A stretch of 64,000 bases of DNA from assembly GCA_963668695.2 (NCBI GenBank), contig CAXXLQ010000004.1, positions 1,216,001 to 1,280,000 on the forward strand. Direction: 5' to 3'. The notes under the pieces are model-generated. The model was given only the letters and a program-made list of their open reading frames with translations, was not told the DNA's origin and made no database searches. The translations under genes were made by a program, and so were the position numbers. Positions 20,601-29,741 of the stretch are shown here, piece after piece; within the stretch, counting starts at the first letter, position 1, and every line of letters starts with the position of its first letter. This DNA comes from Vicinamibacteria bacterium. Lineage in GTDB: Bacteria > Acidobacteriota > Vicinamibacteria > Marinacidobacterales > Marinacidobacteraceae.

Positions 20601-20753
20601 GTCGAGCCGATCGCTGAGGTGTTCAACCTGACGGGCGCCGACAACTTCCTCGACAGTCACACCGGTTCGCTGCTGTTCAACTTCGACGGATCGCTCCGCA
20701 GCGGGCTCGGCGACACGCGGAGGGGGCAGCTCGGAATCAGTCTGCGATTCTGA
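17673..20753 (+). CDS. Oar-like TonB-dependent receptor with carboxypeptidase regulatory-like N-domain
   Basis: NGRNFVDLTLLTPG, AEFGRSAGG.IN.ITKSGTN, QFGATVGGP, terminal Phe. Confidence 0.9.
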   Translation: MGLVDGQKRQALRRRVRPLARFLLAAALGCLHAPNLAAQAGTTTGVIRGEVSDPLGNPVPGAAIVIQHRGTDLVTTVETSRQGKFVRNLLPPGTYDLTVTAAGGFGTERIEGAILRVGEVLHFHLDLHIVAAETVTVFGELPSPIETTDFTRSQRLREDVVDAVPSNGRNFVDLTLLTPGASISQGPDGDELNINGQRGIFNNFIVDGADFNNPFFGEQRGGQRPAFTFNQDAIGELVIVNQGAPAEFGRSAGGFINVITKSGTNDFSGSGHYFGQWDEIAAEYSADRGGGKPDFGRSQFGATVGGPLARDRAFFFLAYDQQAAVETKQTTRRVANAANLERLDAFLRTRWPGLFDDEFGPIRRTDDARSLLAKLDFNLSGRHQASLKYNYTWSEQVNGTFDVDSWGASANGIEGDRSHAVNGSLRSLLTNALANELRIQWAREDRPRWYDGPLVPGANHPGQPQFDRLGGRPFPDIAMDFTDGFRIGLPFFLPIDPSFDDRLQVVDNLSYATGSHLFKAGLEYNRTRVEQQFIGMANSRYIFDSVDGFVGFVTHGSGYLHCSDGSAGATGVCPEGSAITGPVLLYLQSATVPGIPTDQLGRQEARMHELGAFLQDTWHPHDHLTLDIGLRWDGTWHPDVFVEPAETFFAPYLDDPAFPSDGRIPDDLDNLQPRLGFAWDLAGDGRTVARAAAGSYVSRIPMLVFAQHRSTNGAFQQTLFRSSADTFLGPVPEIDRQLDASTTPPFLPDIQVADRHLELPRTWSFSLGLDRDLGRGMAASATFVYVRTDQLFRFVNRNDPAFDSPFGVGTHPSGGGINALTVAESSARSRYQALTLGIRGWSSLGNRPLTFETHYTLAFDRSDDDNERDPFTFRYANASNLAPEFGWSDRDRRHQVSGYLLVTLPGDVKWSNVFRYQTASPASEACAHRGERANQPSDRICADGSILTRNTLRRENEFVTWDLRISRSFTLPNGLAVEPIAEVFNLTGADNFLDSHTGSLLFNFDGSLRSGLGDTRRGQLGISLRF

Positions 20754-20771
20754 GCGCCCCGCCGCCGGGGA

Positions 20772-23225
20772 TCAGAAGAACCTGAGCGAGTAGCTGATCC
20801 GGAAGCCGCGCCCCATCTGCGGGGCGAGATCCTTGATCAGTGACGTGTGATGGCGGTACTCGGCGTCGGTGATGTTGTAGGCCCGCAGCGAAATGTTCTG
20901 GGTGGTGTGCGTGCCAACGAACACGTAGGAGGCGGTGAAATCCAGCACCGCGTAGCCGTCGGTCGCTGTCTCGCCCTGATATAGCCGGTCCATCCGGGCG
21001 GCCCAGCGCACCCTGGGGGCGAGCCGCAACCGGCCGACCGGGATGTCCAGCCTCAACTGTCCGCCCAGCGGAGGGATGCGAGGCACGTACTCGTTCGTGC
21101 CGGTGAGTTTTGCGTCCACGTAGGAAGCGTTCGCCACCACTTCCGCCGCGCCGATGGATAAGTGCCCCTCGACTTCGAATCCCTGGTAGGTGGCGTCCGA
21201 CTGCAGGAATTCGAGGACCGGAAGCCCCCCTTCCTCCTCTCCCTGGGCGGTGCCGAAGATGAAATCGGAGATGTCGTAGCGGAACGCGCTGATGCTGCCA
21301 CTGAGCCGTTCCGAACTCTGGCGGAGGCTCAGGTCGAAGCCAAGGGACCGTTCCGGATCGAGGTTGGGGTTGCCGATTTCGAATGCCAGGTTTCCGACGT
21401 GCGGACCAAAGTTGTAGAGCTCCTCCAACGAGGGGCTGCGAGAGGAAAGGCTGGCGGTGCCGACCAGAGCGGTCGAGTCGCTCAACGAGAAACGGGCCCC
21501 GGCGCTCGCGGAGGCGCCCAGGAAGTTGCGGTCCACCACGTCCGGCAAGACCCGTTCTTCGTCGTGTCCCTCCTCTTCGTGTTCTTCTTGCTGCTCTTCC
21601 CCCTCTTGGTGCTCGGCCTCCTCCTCGCCGTGGGCGTGCTCCGCCGCCTCCGGACGTTCCCCGGCGTCGTAGGCGTTTCGTTCAACCCGCGCCCCAACCA
21701 GCAGGCTTAGCTGGTCCGACGCCCGGATCTCGTTGTAGGCGAAGGCCGCGAGCGCCTTCTGCTGGGTCGCCGGCGCCAGGGCCTCCTCACCCGTCGCCTC
21801 GTACTCCCGCAGATGGCCCCAGAGTCCGACCCGACTGGTCACCCGCCCGGATAGCTTCTTCAGTTCGGCGCGGAGCACGAGAGACCGGTTGTCGAAGTGG
21901 GTGGCCACCTCTTCCGGACCGCCCGCCGCCAGGCTCTCGATCTCGTCCTGATCGTAGTCGCTGTAGCGGACAGTGAACTCGGCCTCCTTGAATAGTGCGT
22001 CGAGCTCGCGAATTCCGAAGTCCGTCCGGAACTGCCGCCGGTTCATCGCGACGTCCACCGCGAGTTCTGCCTCGTCGTCGTGTTCCCCCTCTGCCTCCTC
22101 GTGGTGCTCCTCCCCTTCTTCTTCCGCCTCGTGCTGCCCCTCCTCCGCGGGCCCGTGCGCTCCCTGAAATGCGCCTGCGAACGGAACGCCGTAGCGGGAG
22201 TCGTCCAGCCGCGCGCTGCCGGAGAACCAGGTGCGGTCGCGGAACATTCCGAACCCCACTTCCCCCTGATGCATCGAAGCGGCGGAGTTCTCAACCACTC
22301 CCGCTGGAGAGGCGTAGTCGTTCGTGCGATTCGAGTTCCCGCCGCCCCATACGAACCAGCCGGTGCCGGCAGCCTGCGCGCGGACTCCGCCGCGGATGCC
22401 TTCATCCGCCGTCGAATAGTCGAGATTGGCCTGTCCCCGGAAGCCGGGCAGCGGGGAATGCGCCAGGTGGGAACCCATCGAGATGACGTTCACGGCGCCG
22501 CCGATGGCGTTCGACCCGTAGAGCAGGGTGGCCGGGCCGCGCACCACCTCGACCCGCTCGGCCTGGAGGGGATCCACCGGGACGCCGTGGTCGGCGGACT
22601 GGCTGCCCAGATCTCCCGTTCTGACGCCGTCTTCCATGATCAGGACGCGGTCGCCGTCGAAACCCCGCACCACCGGACGGGCCGAACCGGGCCCGAAGCT
22701 GCGTATCGCGACGCCCGGGGAACTCTCCAGCAGTTCCGCGAGCGTTCGGGCTGATTCGTTCTGAAGATCGAGCCCCTCCATCGCGTGTACCGAACCGAAG
22801 GTCTGGAACGGCGAGGAGCCGCTCGCCGATGCGGTCACGGTGACCCGTTCGTGCATCCGGTGGCGCGACTGGAGAAGGATGGGTTCGGCGATCTGGAACG
22901 CGACCTCCTCCAGCACGTCCACCACCACGGTGCGGACCGCGCTGAGGAAACCGAGATCCACATGGATTGTGAAGGCGCCGAGATGATCGACCTCCTCGAA
23001 CACGAAGTGGCCGTCCGCGTCCGTGTGGACCACCTGGTTCGTTTCGAGAAGAACCACCTCGGCGTCGTGCGCCGGTTCGCCGTTCTCAGCGACGAGGACG
23101 GTGCCGGAAATCCTCGGGTGCGCCCAGGCGGCGCTCGGGAAGGCCAACGCGCAGGCGAGGACGACAGCTCGCCGCACCGGCCGGTGAAGATGGAAGAAGA
23201 GGGGAAGGGAGAACTGCCGCAGCAT
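20772..23225 (-). CDS. TonB-dependent receptor, ZnuD-like, with two His/Glu-rich loops
   Basis: FGPGSARPVVRG, SADHGV, VEVVRGPATLLYGSNAIGG plug motifs; GPH...FEIGNP; HHTSLIKD; terminal FF. Confidence 0.9.
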   Translation of the reverse strand: MLRQFSLPLFFHLHRPVRRAVVLACALAFPSAAWAHPRISGTVLVAENGEPAHDAEVVLLETNQVVHTDADGHFVFEEVDHLGAFTIHVDLGFLSAVRTVVVDVLEEVAFQIAEPILLQSRHRMHERVTVTASASGSSPFQTFGSVHAMEGLDLQNESARTLAELLESSPGVAIRSFGPGSARPVVRGFDGDRVLIMEDGVRTGDLGSQSADHGVPVDPLQAERVEVVRGPATLLYGSNAIGGAVNVISMGSHLAHSPLPGFRGQANLDYSTADEGIRGGVRAQAAGTGWFVWGGGNSNRTNDYASPAGVVENSAASMHQGEVGFGMFRDRTWFSGSARLDDSRYGVPFAGAFQGAHGPAEEGQHEAEEEGEEHHEEAEGEHDDEAELAVDVAMNRRQFRTDFGIRELDALFKEAEFTVRYSDYDQDEIESLAAGGPEEVATHFDNRSLVLRAELKKLSGRVTSRVGLWGHLREYEATGEEALAPATQQKALAAFAYNEIRASDQLSLLVGARVERNAYDAGERPEAAEHAHGEEEAEHQEGEEQQEEHEEEGHDEERVLPDVVDRNFLGASASAGARFSLSDSTALVGTASLSSRSPSLEELYNFGPHVGNLAFEIGNPNLDPERSLGFDLSLRQSSERLSGSISAFRYDISDFIFGTAQGEEEGGLPVLEFLQSDATYQGFEVEGHLSIGAAEVVANASYVDAKLTGTNEYVPRIPPLGGQLRLDIPVGRLRLAPRVRWAARMDRLYQGETATDGYAVLDFTASYVFVGTHTTQNISLRAYNITDAEYRHHTSLIKDLAPQMGRGFRISYSLRFF

Positions 23226-23327
23226 TGGTTGGACCTCCTGAACGCTTCTGGCGCGGGAGGAACCGGCCGTCCAAAGGCCCGCCGACGAGGGGGCCGGATG
23301 GTTCCTGGCTTGGAGTACGCCGGCCGT

Positions 23328-23606
23328 TCAGGCGGGTGGTGCGCGGGGAGCGCCGGGGGCCGCGGCAGGTGCGGCCGGGGCGAGCTGCGCGTCTTCGATG
23401 CGGAGTCCGGCCCTGCCGGGCGCGGCCGGGAGTTCCGGCCCGTCCTCGAAGACGGCAGTCTCCGCCCCGGCGACCTTGCAGATCCGGCACTGGGAATCGG
23501 TCTGGTCGGGATGCTCGTGGGCGACAGCCCCGAGCGGGGCCGCCAGGACAAGCGCGACCACGGTGGCCGCCACCAGGAATCTGGAGAATGGGCCGACGTG
23601 CTTCAC
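23328..23606 (-). CDS. DUF2946-like leader protein (signal peptide, HxH, CxxC, C-terminal RAPP)
   Basis: AHEH...CRIC...PRAPPA-stop, about 100 nt upstream of the TonB receptor start; GTG start inferred. Confidence 0.8.
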   Translation of the reverse strand: MKHVGPFSRFLVAATVVALVLAAPLGAVAHEHPDQTDSQCRICKVAGAETAVFEDGPELPAAPGRAGLRIEDAQLAPAAPAAAPGAPRAPPA

Positions 23607-23688
23607 CGCGAAGGAACCTGCGCTTTCTGATGCTAGCACCGGCGCCCGGGGTAGGGGGAAGGGGCTCTCCGAGGCCGGTTTCGGGCTG

Positions 23689-24306
23689 CTAGCGGGGGAT
23701 CAGTTCGATGACGATGTTTCGCAGCGGCGCGTCCCCGATGTTTTTCACGACGTGCACCACCGGCGGGTTGAACTTGATGGTGCCGGGGATCTGGGTCTTG
23801 AACACTTCATCCGTGCCGTCGGGCCACTGCTGGAGTTCGGTGGCCCCCATCACCAGCACCACCCGCTGGGCGTGCGAATGCCGCTCTCGCGTGTCCCCGG
23901 GTTCGAGCCGTTCCTCGAACACGAAATAGCCCTCGCTGTCGTAGAGCCGCTCGTTCTTGCCCGCGGCGATGGGCACCGCCGGCCCCTCGACCGCCGGATG
24001 GCCGGCCTTCAGGTTGACCTCGGCGAACTCGTGGCCGCGGATTTCGTAGGACTCGCCCGACTCGGCGACGAAGACCTCGGCGTAGTCGAGCCGGACCGGG
24101 GATCCGCCCGACGGGACGACGCTCAGCTCGCCGAACGCGACGATGATCCGGTTCCCGCATCCGGGGCCGGCGTTAGCGCAGGGCGCCGCGTTCCGGTGTA
24201 CGGCGGCGAAGGCGTTATCGAGGACCAGAGTCTCGTCCTCGGCGACGACGAAGGCTGCGAGGCCGGCCAGCGTGAAGGCGAGGGGGACGATTCGGAGACT
24301 GCGCAT
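23689..24306 (-). CDS. Exported cupin-fold protein
   Basis: Signal peptide; LEPGD...HSH; PPVVHVVKNIGDAPL..IVIEL. Confidence 0.75.
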   Translation of the reverse strand: MRSLRIVPLAFTLAGLAAFVVAEDETLVLDNAFAAVHRNAAPCANAGPGCGNRIIVAFGELSVVPSGGSPVRLDYAEVFVAESGESYEIRGHEFAEVNLKAGHPAVEGPAVPIAAGKNERLYDSEGYFVFEERLEPGDTRERHSHAQRVVLVMGATELQQWPDGTDEVFKTQIPGTIKFNPPVVHVVKNIGDAPLRNIVIELIPR

Positions 24307-24379
24307 GGCCGCAATCTAACAGGCCGTTCCGCGCCGGAGGCCGCCGCTACCATACGAGCCGGGAAATCGCTGGAGATCG

Positions 24380-26611
24380 TTGGGAGAGAAGGGTTTGCCG
24401 GGATGCACCGAGAGCTGCCGGAGGGCGGCGCTGTTCCTTTTGCTGGCGCTTTCGGGAATTCCGGTCGCGGCCCAGGATGGCGCCCAACCGACTCCCGAGC
24501 CGGAGGACGACCGCGACGCCTGGGGCGCCCCGGGCCTGCACCGCATCGCCCTCTACCCGACCCCGGACCTCGCTCCCGCCGGGGGAACCGCCTTCCTCCG
24601 TTGGGACCCGAGCCCGTTCGGAGTCTCGGTAACCCGCGACGGGAACCAGCGGTACCGCCTTGACCTTGAAATCGAAGGACTCCCCGAGCCCGGGTCCCTC
24701 GGCGACTACCGGACGTGGGTCGCCTGGGCGACCACTCCGGTCATGGATCCGGTGGTCCGGCTTGGGGAGGTCGGGAATGGAACCTTCCCGGCCCTCGGAC
24801 CGGTGGCGTTCGACAAGTTCGTGATCCTGGTGAGCGCCGAGCCCTCGGCCACGGTCGAGACCCGCACCGGCCGCCTCGCCCTCCGCGGGGCCTCCCCTTC
24901 CACCCGGATCCTTCCGGACAACCACCTCATGGTGCCGGTCAGCGGCAGCGGCGAGAGCGGGGCCGCGACGATGGATCACGGCGCGATGGACCATGCCGCG
25001 ATGGGACACGGCGCCGCTTCCGACGAACCGGCGTGGTCCCATCCTCCCATGCTCCCCGAGACCCCCATGATCCCGGGACTCGGACACCTGCGGCCGGAAC
25101 CCCTTCCCTTCCTGCCGCGGGTGGCGCCGGATGAATCGCTTCCCGACGCCGTCCCCTCCCAGATCGTGCGCCTCCGGGACGGCCAGACGCTCGACCTGCT
25201 CGCGGGCCGGGTACGCCGCCGCATCCACGGGCGCGACTACGTGATGTACGGGTTCAACGGGCAGTACCCGGGACCGCTCATCCACGTGGACCAGGACTCC
25301 ACGATCTTCGTCAACTTCGAGAACCAGACGTCGTGGCCCACCGCGATCCACTGGCACGGGGTGCGCCTCGACAACGCCTTCGACGGGGTACCCCACCTGA
25401 CCCAGGACCCGGTGCCCCCCGGCGGGCGCTTCGAGTACCGGATCTTCTTTCCGGATGCCGGCCTCTACTGGTACCACCCCCACCACCGCGAGGAAGTGCA
25501 GCAGGACCTCGGTCTCTACGGAAACATGCTGGTCGAGGCCCCGCCCGGCGAGTGGTACGCGCCGGTGCACCGGGAGGAGATCCTCATGCTCGACGATCTC
25601 CTGATCGCCGATGACGGGGGGCTTTTTCCCTGGGGGGTGGAGCGGGCCACCCATTCGCTGATGGGCCGCTTCGGCAACCTGTTGCTCGTGAACGGCGAGC
25701 CCGATTACGAACTGGATCTCGACCGGGGCGAAGTCGTCCGCTTCTTCCTCACGAACGTCTCGAATACGCGGACCTTCAACCTGTCCTTCGGCGAGCCCGG
25801 CACCCATCGGATCAAGGTGGTCGGGTCCGATCTCTCGAAGTTCGAGCGGGAGAGCTGGGTGGATTCGGTGACGCTGGCGCCCGCCGAGCGTTACATCGTG
25901 GAGGTCCGTTACGAGACGGCGGGCGGGCACGCTCTCGAGAACCGCGTGCGCCCGCTCGAGCACGCCTTCGGGAGCTACTTCTCACGGGTCACTCGACTGG
26001 GAATGGTTCGGGTCAGGGACCGGGGAGCGGACCCGGCCGTCGCCCCGGGCTACGACGAGCTACGGGAAAACGCTGCCGTCATCGAAGATGTGGACCGCTA
26101 CCGGAGCCATTTCGACCGAGTCCCCGACTACGAACTGTCGCTCACGATGGAGGTCGCGGGACTCGAACCCGCCATCATGCAGCGCATGCGCGCCGACCGG
26201 GTCTTCTTTCCGGCGGTCGAGTGGGCGGACACCATGCCGATGATGAACTCGGTCGCCACCCCCGAGGAGGTGCGCTGGATCGTGCGCGAGCCAGCGACCG
26301 GCCGTGAGGACATGGACATTGCCTGGCGTTTCCGGGTCGGTGACATCGTCACGATCCGCATCGAAAACGACGCCGGCGCCCTCCACGCCATGCAGCATCC
26401 CTTCCACATCCACGGCCAGCGGTTCCTGGTGGTCCGGCGGAACGGCACCCGGGTAACGAACCAGGTGTTCAAGGACACCGTCCTCATCCCGGCCGGGGAG
26501 ACGGTGGACCTCCTGCTCGAGATCACGAACCCCGGGAAGTGGATGGCGCACTGCCACATCGCCGAACACCTCGAAGCCGGCATGCGCTTCGTCTTCGAAG
26601 TGGATCCCTGA
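24380..26611 (+). CDS. Multicopper oxidase with extra N-terminal domain and Met/His-rich linker
   Basis: HWHG, WYHPH, HPFHIHG and HCHIAEHLEAGM copper motifs; MDHGAMDHAAMGH linker. Confidence 0.92.
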   Translation: MGEKGLPGCTESCRRAALFLLLALSGIPVAAQDGAQPTPEPEDDRDAWGAPGLHRIALYPTPDLAPAGGTAFLRWDPSPFGVSVTRDGNQRYRLDLEIEGLPEPGSLGDYRTWVAWATTPVMDPVVRLGEVGNGTFPALGPVAFDKFVILVSAEPSATVETRTGRLALRGASPSTRILPDNHLMVPVSGSGESGAATMDHGAMDHAAMGHGAASDEPAWSHPPMLPETPMIPGLGHLRPEPLPFLPRVAPDESLPDAVPSQIVRLRDGQTLDLLAGRVRRRIHGRDYVMYGFNGQYPGPLIHVDQDSTIFVNFENQTSWPTAIHWHGVRLDNAFDGVPHLTQDPVPPGGRFEYRIFFPDAGLYWYHPHHREEVQQDLGLYGNMLVEAPPGEWYAPVHREEILMLDDLLIADDGGLFPWGVERATHSLMGRFGNLLLVNGEPDYELDLDRGEVVRFFLTNVSNTRTFNLSFGEPGTHRIKVVGSDLSKFERESWVDSVTLAPAERYIVEVRYETAGGHALENRVRPLEHAFGSYFSRVTRLGMVRVRDRGADPAVAPGYDELRENAAVIEDVDRYRSHFDRVPDYELSLTMEVAGLEPAIMQRMRADRVFFPAVEWADTMPMMNSVATPEEVRWIVREPATGREDMDIAWRFRVGDIVTIRIENDAGALHAMQHPFHIHGQRFLVVRRNGTRVTNQVFKDTVLIPAGETVDLLLEITNPGKWMAHCHIAEHLEAGMRFVFEVDP

Positions 26612-26754
26612 GCGGCTATCCGCCGCGAAGGCGCGCACTGCCGATCAGCGCGAAGCGCGGGGACGGCAGAGCGAAACGCGCGTTGCCGATCAGCGAAGGC
26701 CCGCTCAAAAGGGGAGCGCGCGCTGCCCACTCACGTAGAGCGCGCGCATGCAAT

Positions 26755-26839
26755 GGAACGCCGACCTCTGGCCAGTTCTCCCGGTGGGGGCTCCGCTGTC
26801 GCGCGTTGTCAAGAGAGGTGGGTGTCTTGGCACAGGCTG
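26755..26839. repeat. Composite repeat remnant with one 18-bp unit and a family-A end
   Basis: GCCGACCTCTGG[CCAGTTCTCCCGGTGGGG]GC at 26772-26789 mirrors the 41761 copy; ends CACAGGCTG. Confidence 0.6.
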
Positions 26840-26959
26840 TCAACTCTACGGATCCACGACCCCCTTCCCGCTTCCGAAGAGATGCCGCAGCAAGAAACGG
26901 ATGGACGCGCGGCCGGCGCTGCGCTGAAATGACCCTCACAGCGAAGCGCTGGGGGATAA

Positions 26960-28024
26960 ATGCCGATGCCATCTGAACAGGAAATGCGCGCAGCGATTGC
27001 GGCGCGAGACCAGACCTACGACGGCCGCTTCTTCTACGCAGTGGTTACCACGGGCGTTTTCTGCCGGCCCTCGTGCGCCGCGCGACCGGCTCGACCGGAG
27101 AACCTGCGGTTTTTCCGGGACCCTGACTCCGCTCTGGCCGCAGGCTTCAGGCCGTGCAAACGCTGCCGACCAACGGACCCGGGGCTGATTCAACTCGTAG
27201 GCGTCGCCAGGTTCATTGAAGCCCACGCCGAGGAGCGCCTGACATTGGATGGGCTCGCAAAGCAGGTAGCCCTTTCGCCCTCGCGTTTCCAGCGTGTCTT
27301 CAAGGCAGCGTTCGGCGTCTCGCCCAAGGCCTATCAGGACGCAGTTCGGATGAAGCGCTTCAAGACGGCCCTGAAGGAGGGTGACGACATCACCGGCGCG
27401 ATCTTCTCAGCGGGCTTTGGATCCATAAGTCGAGTCTACGGAGAACGTGTGCGCAACATCGGGATGACGCCGAAGGCCTACCGCGCCGGTGGCGCGGGAG
27501 AGACGATTGCATACGCATGGAGAAACACGGCGCTCGGCACCGCACTCATGGGAGCTACCGAACGGGGTGTGTGCTTCGTGCAGTTCGGGAAGGACCTGGA
27601 GACCCTTCTCGAGCAGTTACGCGGTGAGTTTCCGAATGCAGAGCTCATCGCCTCGGACGCGCAAGAGGCCCCTGAACTGGACGCGTGGGTCGAGGCGCTG
27701 GATGCGCACCTGGGCCAAGGGGCCCCTCGACCCGATCTGCCGCTCGATCTGCGCGGGACAGCCTTTCAAATGAAAGTTTGGCGCTTTCTCTTGAGTGTGC
27801 GAGAGGGCGAGGTGATCAGCTACGGTGAGCTCGCCAGCCAAATCGAGGAACCGAGAGCGGTTCGGGCCGTTGCTTCGGCATGCGCGGCGAACCGCATTGC
27901 GGTGCTGGTGCCTTGCCACCGCGTGTTACGGGGGGACGGCAATCTTGGCGGCTATCGCTCCGGGCTGAAGCGGAAACGGGCACTCCTCGACGCGGAACGG
28001 TCCAGGAGGGCAGCTTCGCCGTGA
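26960..28024 (+). CDS. ada: Bifunctional regulator / O6-methylguanine-DNA methyltransferase Ada
   Basis: CRPSC and RPCKRC Zn site, AraC-type HTH, VPCHRV active site. Confidence 0.95.
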   Translation: MPMPSEQEMRAAIAARDQTYDGRFFYAVVTTGVFCRPSCAARPARPENLRFFRDPDSALAAGFRPCKRCRPTDPGLIQLVGVARFIEAHAEERLTLDGLAKQVALSPSRFQRVFKAAFGVSPKAYQDAVRMKRFKTALKEGDDITGAIFSAGFGSISRVYGERVRNIGMTPKAYRAGGAGETIAYAWRNTALGTALMGATERGVCFVQFGKDLETLLEQLRGEFPNAELIASDAQEAPELDAWVEALDAHLGQGAPRPDLPLDLRGTAFQMKVWRFLLSVREGEVISYGELASQIEEPRAVRAVASACAANRIAVLVPCHRVLRGDGNLGGYRSGLKRKRALLDAERSRRAASP

Positions 28025-28130
28025 AGGGCTCGCTCGCGCGGTTCGTCCTTGGGGACGGCGTCGGCTTCGCCGACTCGCGCAAACCACGCTCAGCGAGGGA
28101 AATCGACTCCGGGGGAGGCCGACTCCCCCC

Positions 28131-29492
28131 TCAGCGACTCTCGAGCGCGGAAATCTGGACCACCGCGGTCCGGACCTTCCCGTCCCGCCAGGCGATCATC
28201 AGCCGTTCCTGAACGTCGAACACCTCCTCGATGTCCTCCGCTTCCTCTTCAGCCGCCTCTTCGTCCGATTCGCCCTCGTCCTCTGCGTCCTCGTCTTCTT
28301 CCGGCTCCGGCGGCGGCTCGTTGGCTACCCGCACCAGTTGCAGCACCCCGGCTTCCCGCCCCGCAGGTGCCTCCGCGACCCGGAGCGCCGGTCCCAGGAG
28401 TCCGTCCGGCCAGATGCGGCGCACCCGCACTTCGCCGCGTTTCCCGTTCGGGGTTTCGAGCCAGGCCGCCGCGGCGCTCCCGTCGTCGAGGAGCGTGACG
28501 GCGGTGTAGCCGCGGGCCGCACCGCCATCCAGCCGGAAGGGCATTCCGAAGCCCTCTCCGCCGTTTTGCGAGAGAGCGATCCGGACCTCCGGATCACCGC
28601 TGGCCATGGTGAACCAGACGACCGCGACCGTGTCGTCGCGGGCGGCGATCGTCGGGCCGTTGACCGGACAGGCGTTGATGCCCCAGCCGTCTGCATGGAC
28701 CGAACGCCCCGGCTCCCACACGCCGCGGACTTTGCGCGCGATCGCGATGTCCCGCACATCATCCTCGGGTGGGTTCCGCACCCGGTCCCGATACACCACG
28801 AGCGGTTGGCCGTCGCTTGCGGCCATGGCGGTCGGGCAGCAACTGCACACATCCGGATCGAGCCGCTGGTTCCCGAGTTGGTAGCCCTGCTCATGGAACC
28901 GGGCGAGGCGCAGCGTCATGTCGCCCGGATCCTTGGAGCCCGGAGGCGGGGTGAGGTAAGCCGCCGAGAAACCGCCCGGCTCCGGCGTGAACGAGACGAA
29001 GCCGGAGTAGCTCTCGACGTTGTCGAGTCCCTCCGAGAACACATCGCGCCAGGTGACGCCGCGGTCCATGGAAAAGACGATCTTCAGCCCGTAGCCGTAG
29101 TGCCCCTCGGCGGCCGGATTCCGGACCAGATAGTGGGCGGCGAGCCGGTTCTCCCCGACCAGCGCAATGGAGGGATGATCCGCCCAGTTCACGAACCAGC
29201 CGGACCCTTCGGCGATCAGCTTCGGCTCTCCCCAGGTATCGGCGGTCACCTCCTCGCTGCTTCCGGGACGTTGCAGTTCGGAGAACCGAAGAGAGTGACC
29301 GTCTCCCGTGGGCTCCACCCAACTGAGGAAGGTGGCGCCTGCCGCCGTCGCGTTCAGCGAGTACATGCCGCTCCCGTCCGGGGCGGGCGTCTCCAGCGGT
29401 GTGATCCCGTCCTGGGCGCCCGCCGCGGCGGCAGCAAGCAGACAACCGGCGAAAAAGCCGGCAGCCCGGTGGGAGGAAACCGCGGCACGCAT
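28131..29492 (-). CDS. Exported BNR/sialidase-like beta-propeller protein
   Basis: FVNWADHPS, S.D.G.TW Asp-box, DVCSCC.T, YRDR, DGW.I.ACPVNGP; long acidic insert near the C-terminus. The longer ORF start is MITE-derived. Confidence 0.8.
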   Translation of the reverse strand: MRAAVSSHRAAGFFAGCLLAAAAAGAQDGITPLETPAPDGSGMYSLNATAAGATFLSWVEPTGDGHSLRFSELQRPGSSEEVTADTWGEPKLIAEGSGWFVNWADHPSIALVGENRLAAHYLVRNPAAEGHYGYGLKIVFSMDRGVTWRDVFSEGLDNVESYSGFVSFTPEPGGFSAAYLTPPPGSKDPGDMTLRLARFHEQGYQLGNQRLDPDVCSCCPTAMAASDGQPLVVYRDRVRNPPEDDVRDIAIARKVRGVWEPGRSVHADGWGINACPVNGPTIAARDDTVAVVWFTMASGDPEVRIALSQNGGEGFGMPFRLDGGAARGYTAVTLLDDGSAAAAWLETPNGKRGEVRVRRIWPDGLLGPALRVAEAPAGREAGVLQLVRVANEPPPEPEEDEDAEDEGESDEEAAEEEAEDIEEVFDVQERLMIAWRDGKVRTAVVQISALESR

Positions 29493-29544
29493 CAGAACGG
29501 GTGATTCTCGCATGGACGGCGAAAATCGGGATACCCTGCTGCGG

Positions 29545-29644
29545 GCGTATTCCGACCGAAACGCAACGATGAGCGACGCGAAGCGGCGCGGTTCAGCCGG
29601 GATGCATAGCCGGTCGAACGCCGCGTGACCTTGTCCACAGGCTG
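29545..29644. mobile_element. Partial family-A MITE
   Basis: TATTCCGACCGAAACGCAACGATGAGC core and CCACAGGCTG-CTAG end. Confidence 0.75.
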
Positions 29645-29741
29645 CTAGCATCGCGCATTGCCGTGGCGGGCCATGACGATTCGCCGCGATCGGCGGGCCA
29701 ATAGTTGCCGCGCCGATTTCCGCTCCGGCAGGGAGGCGTAG

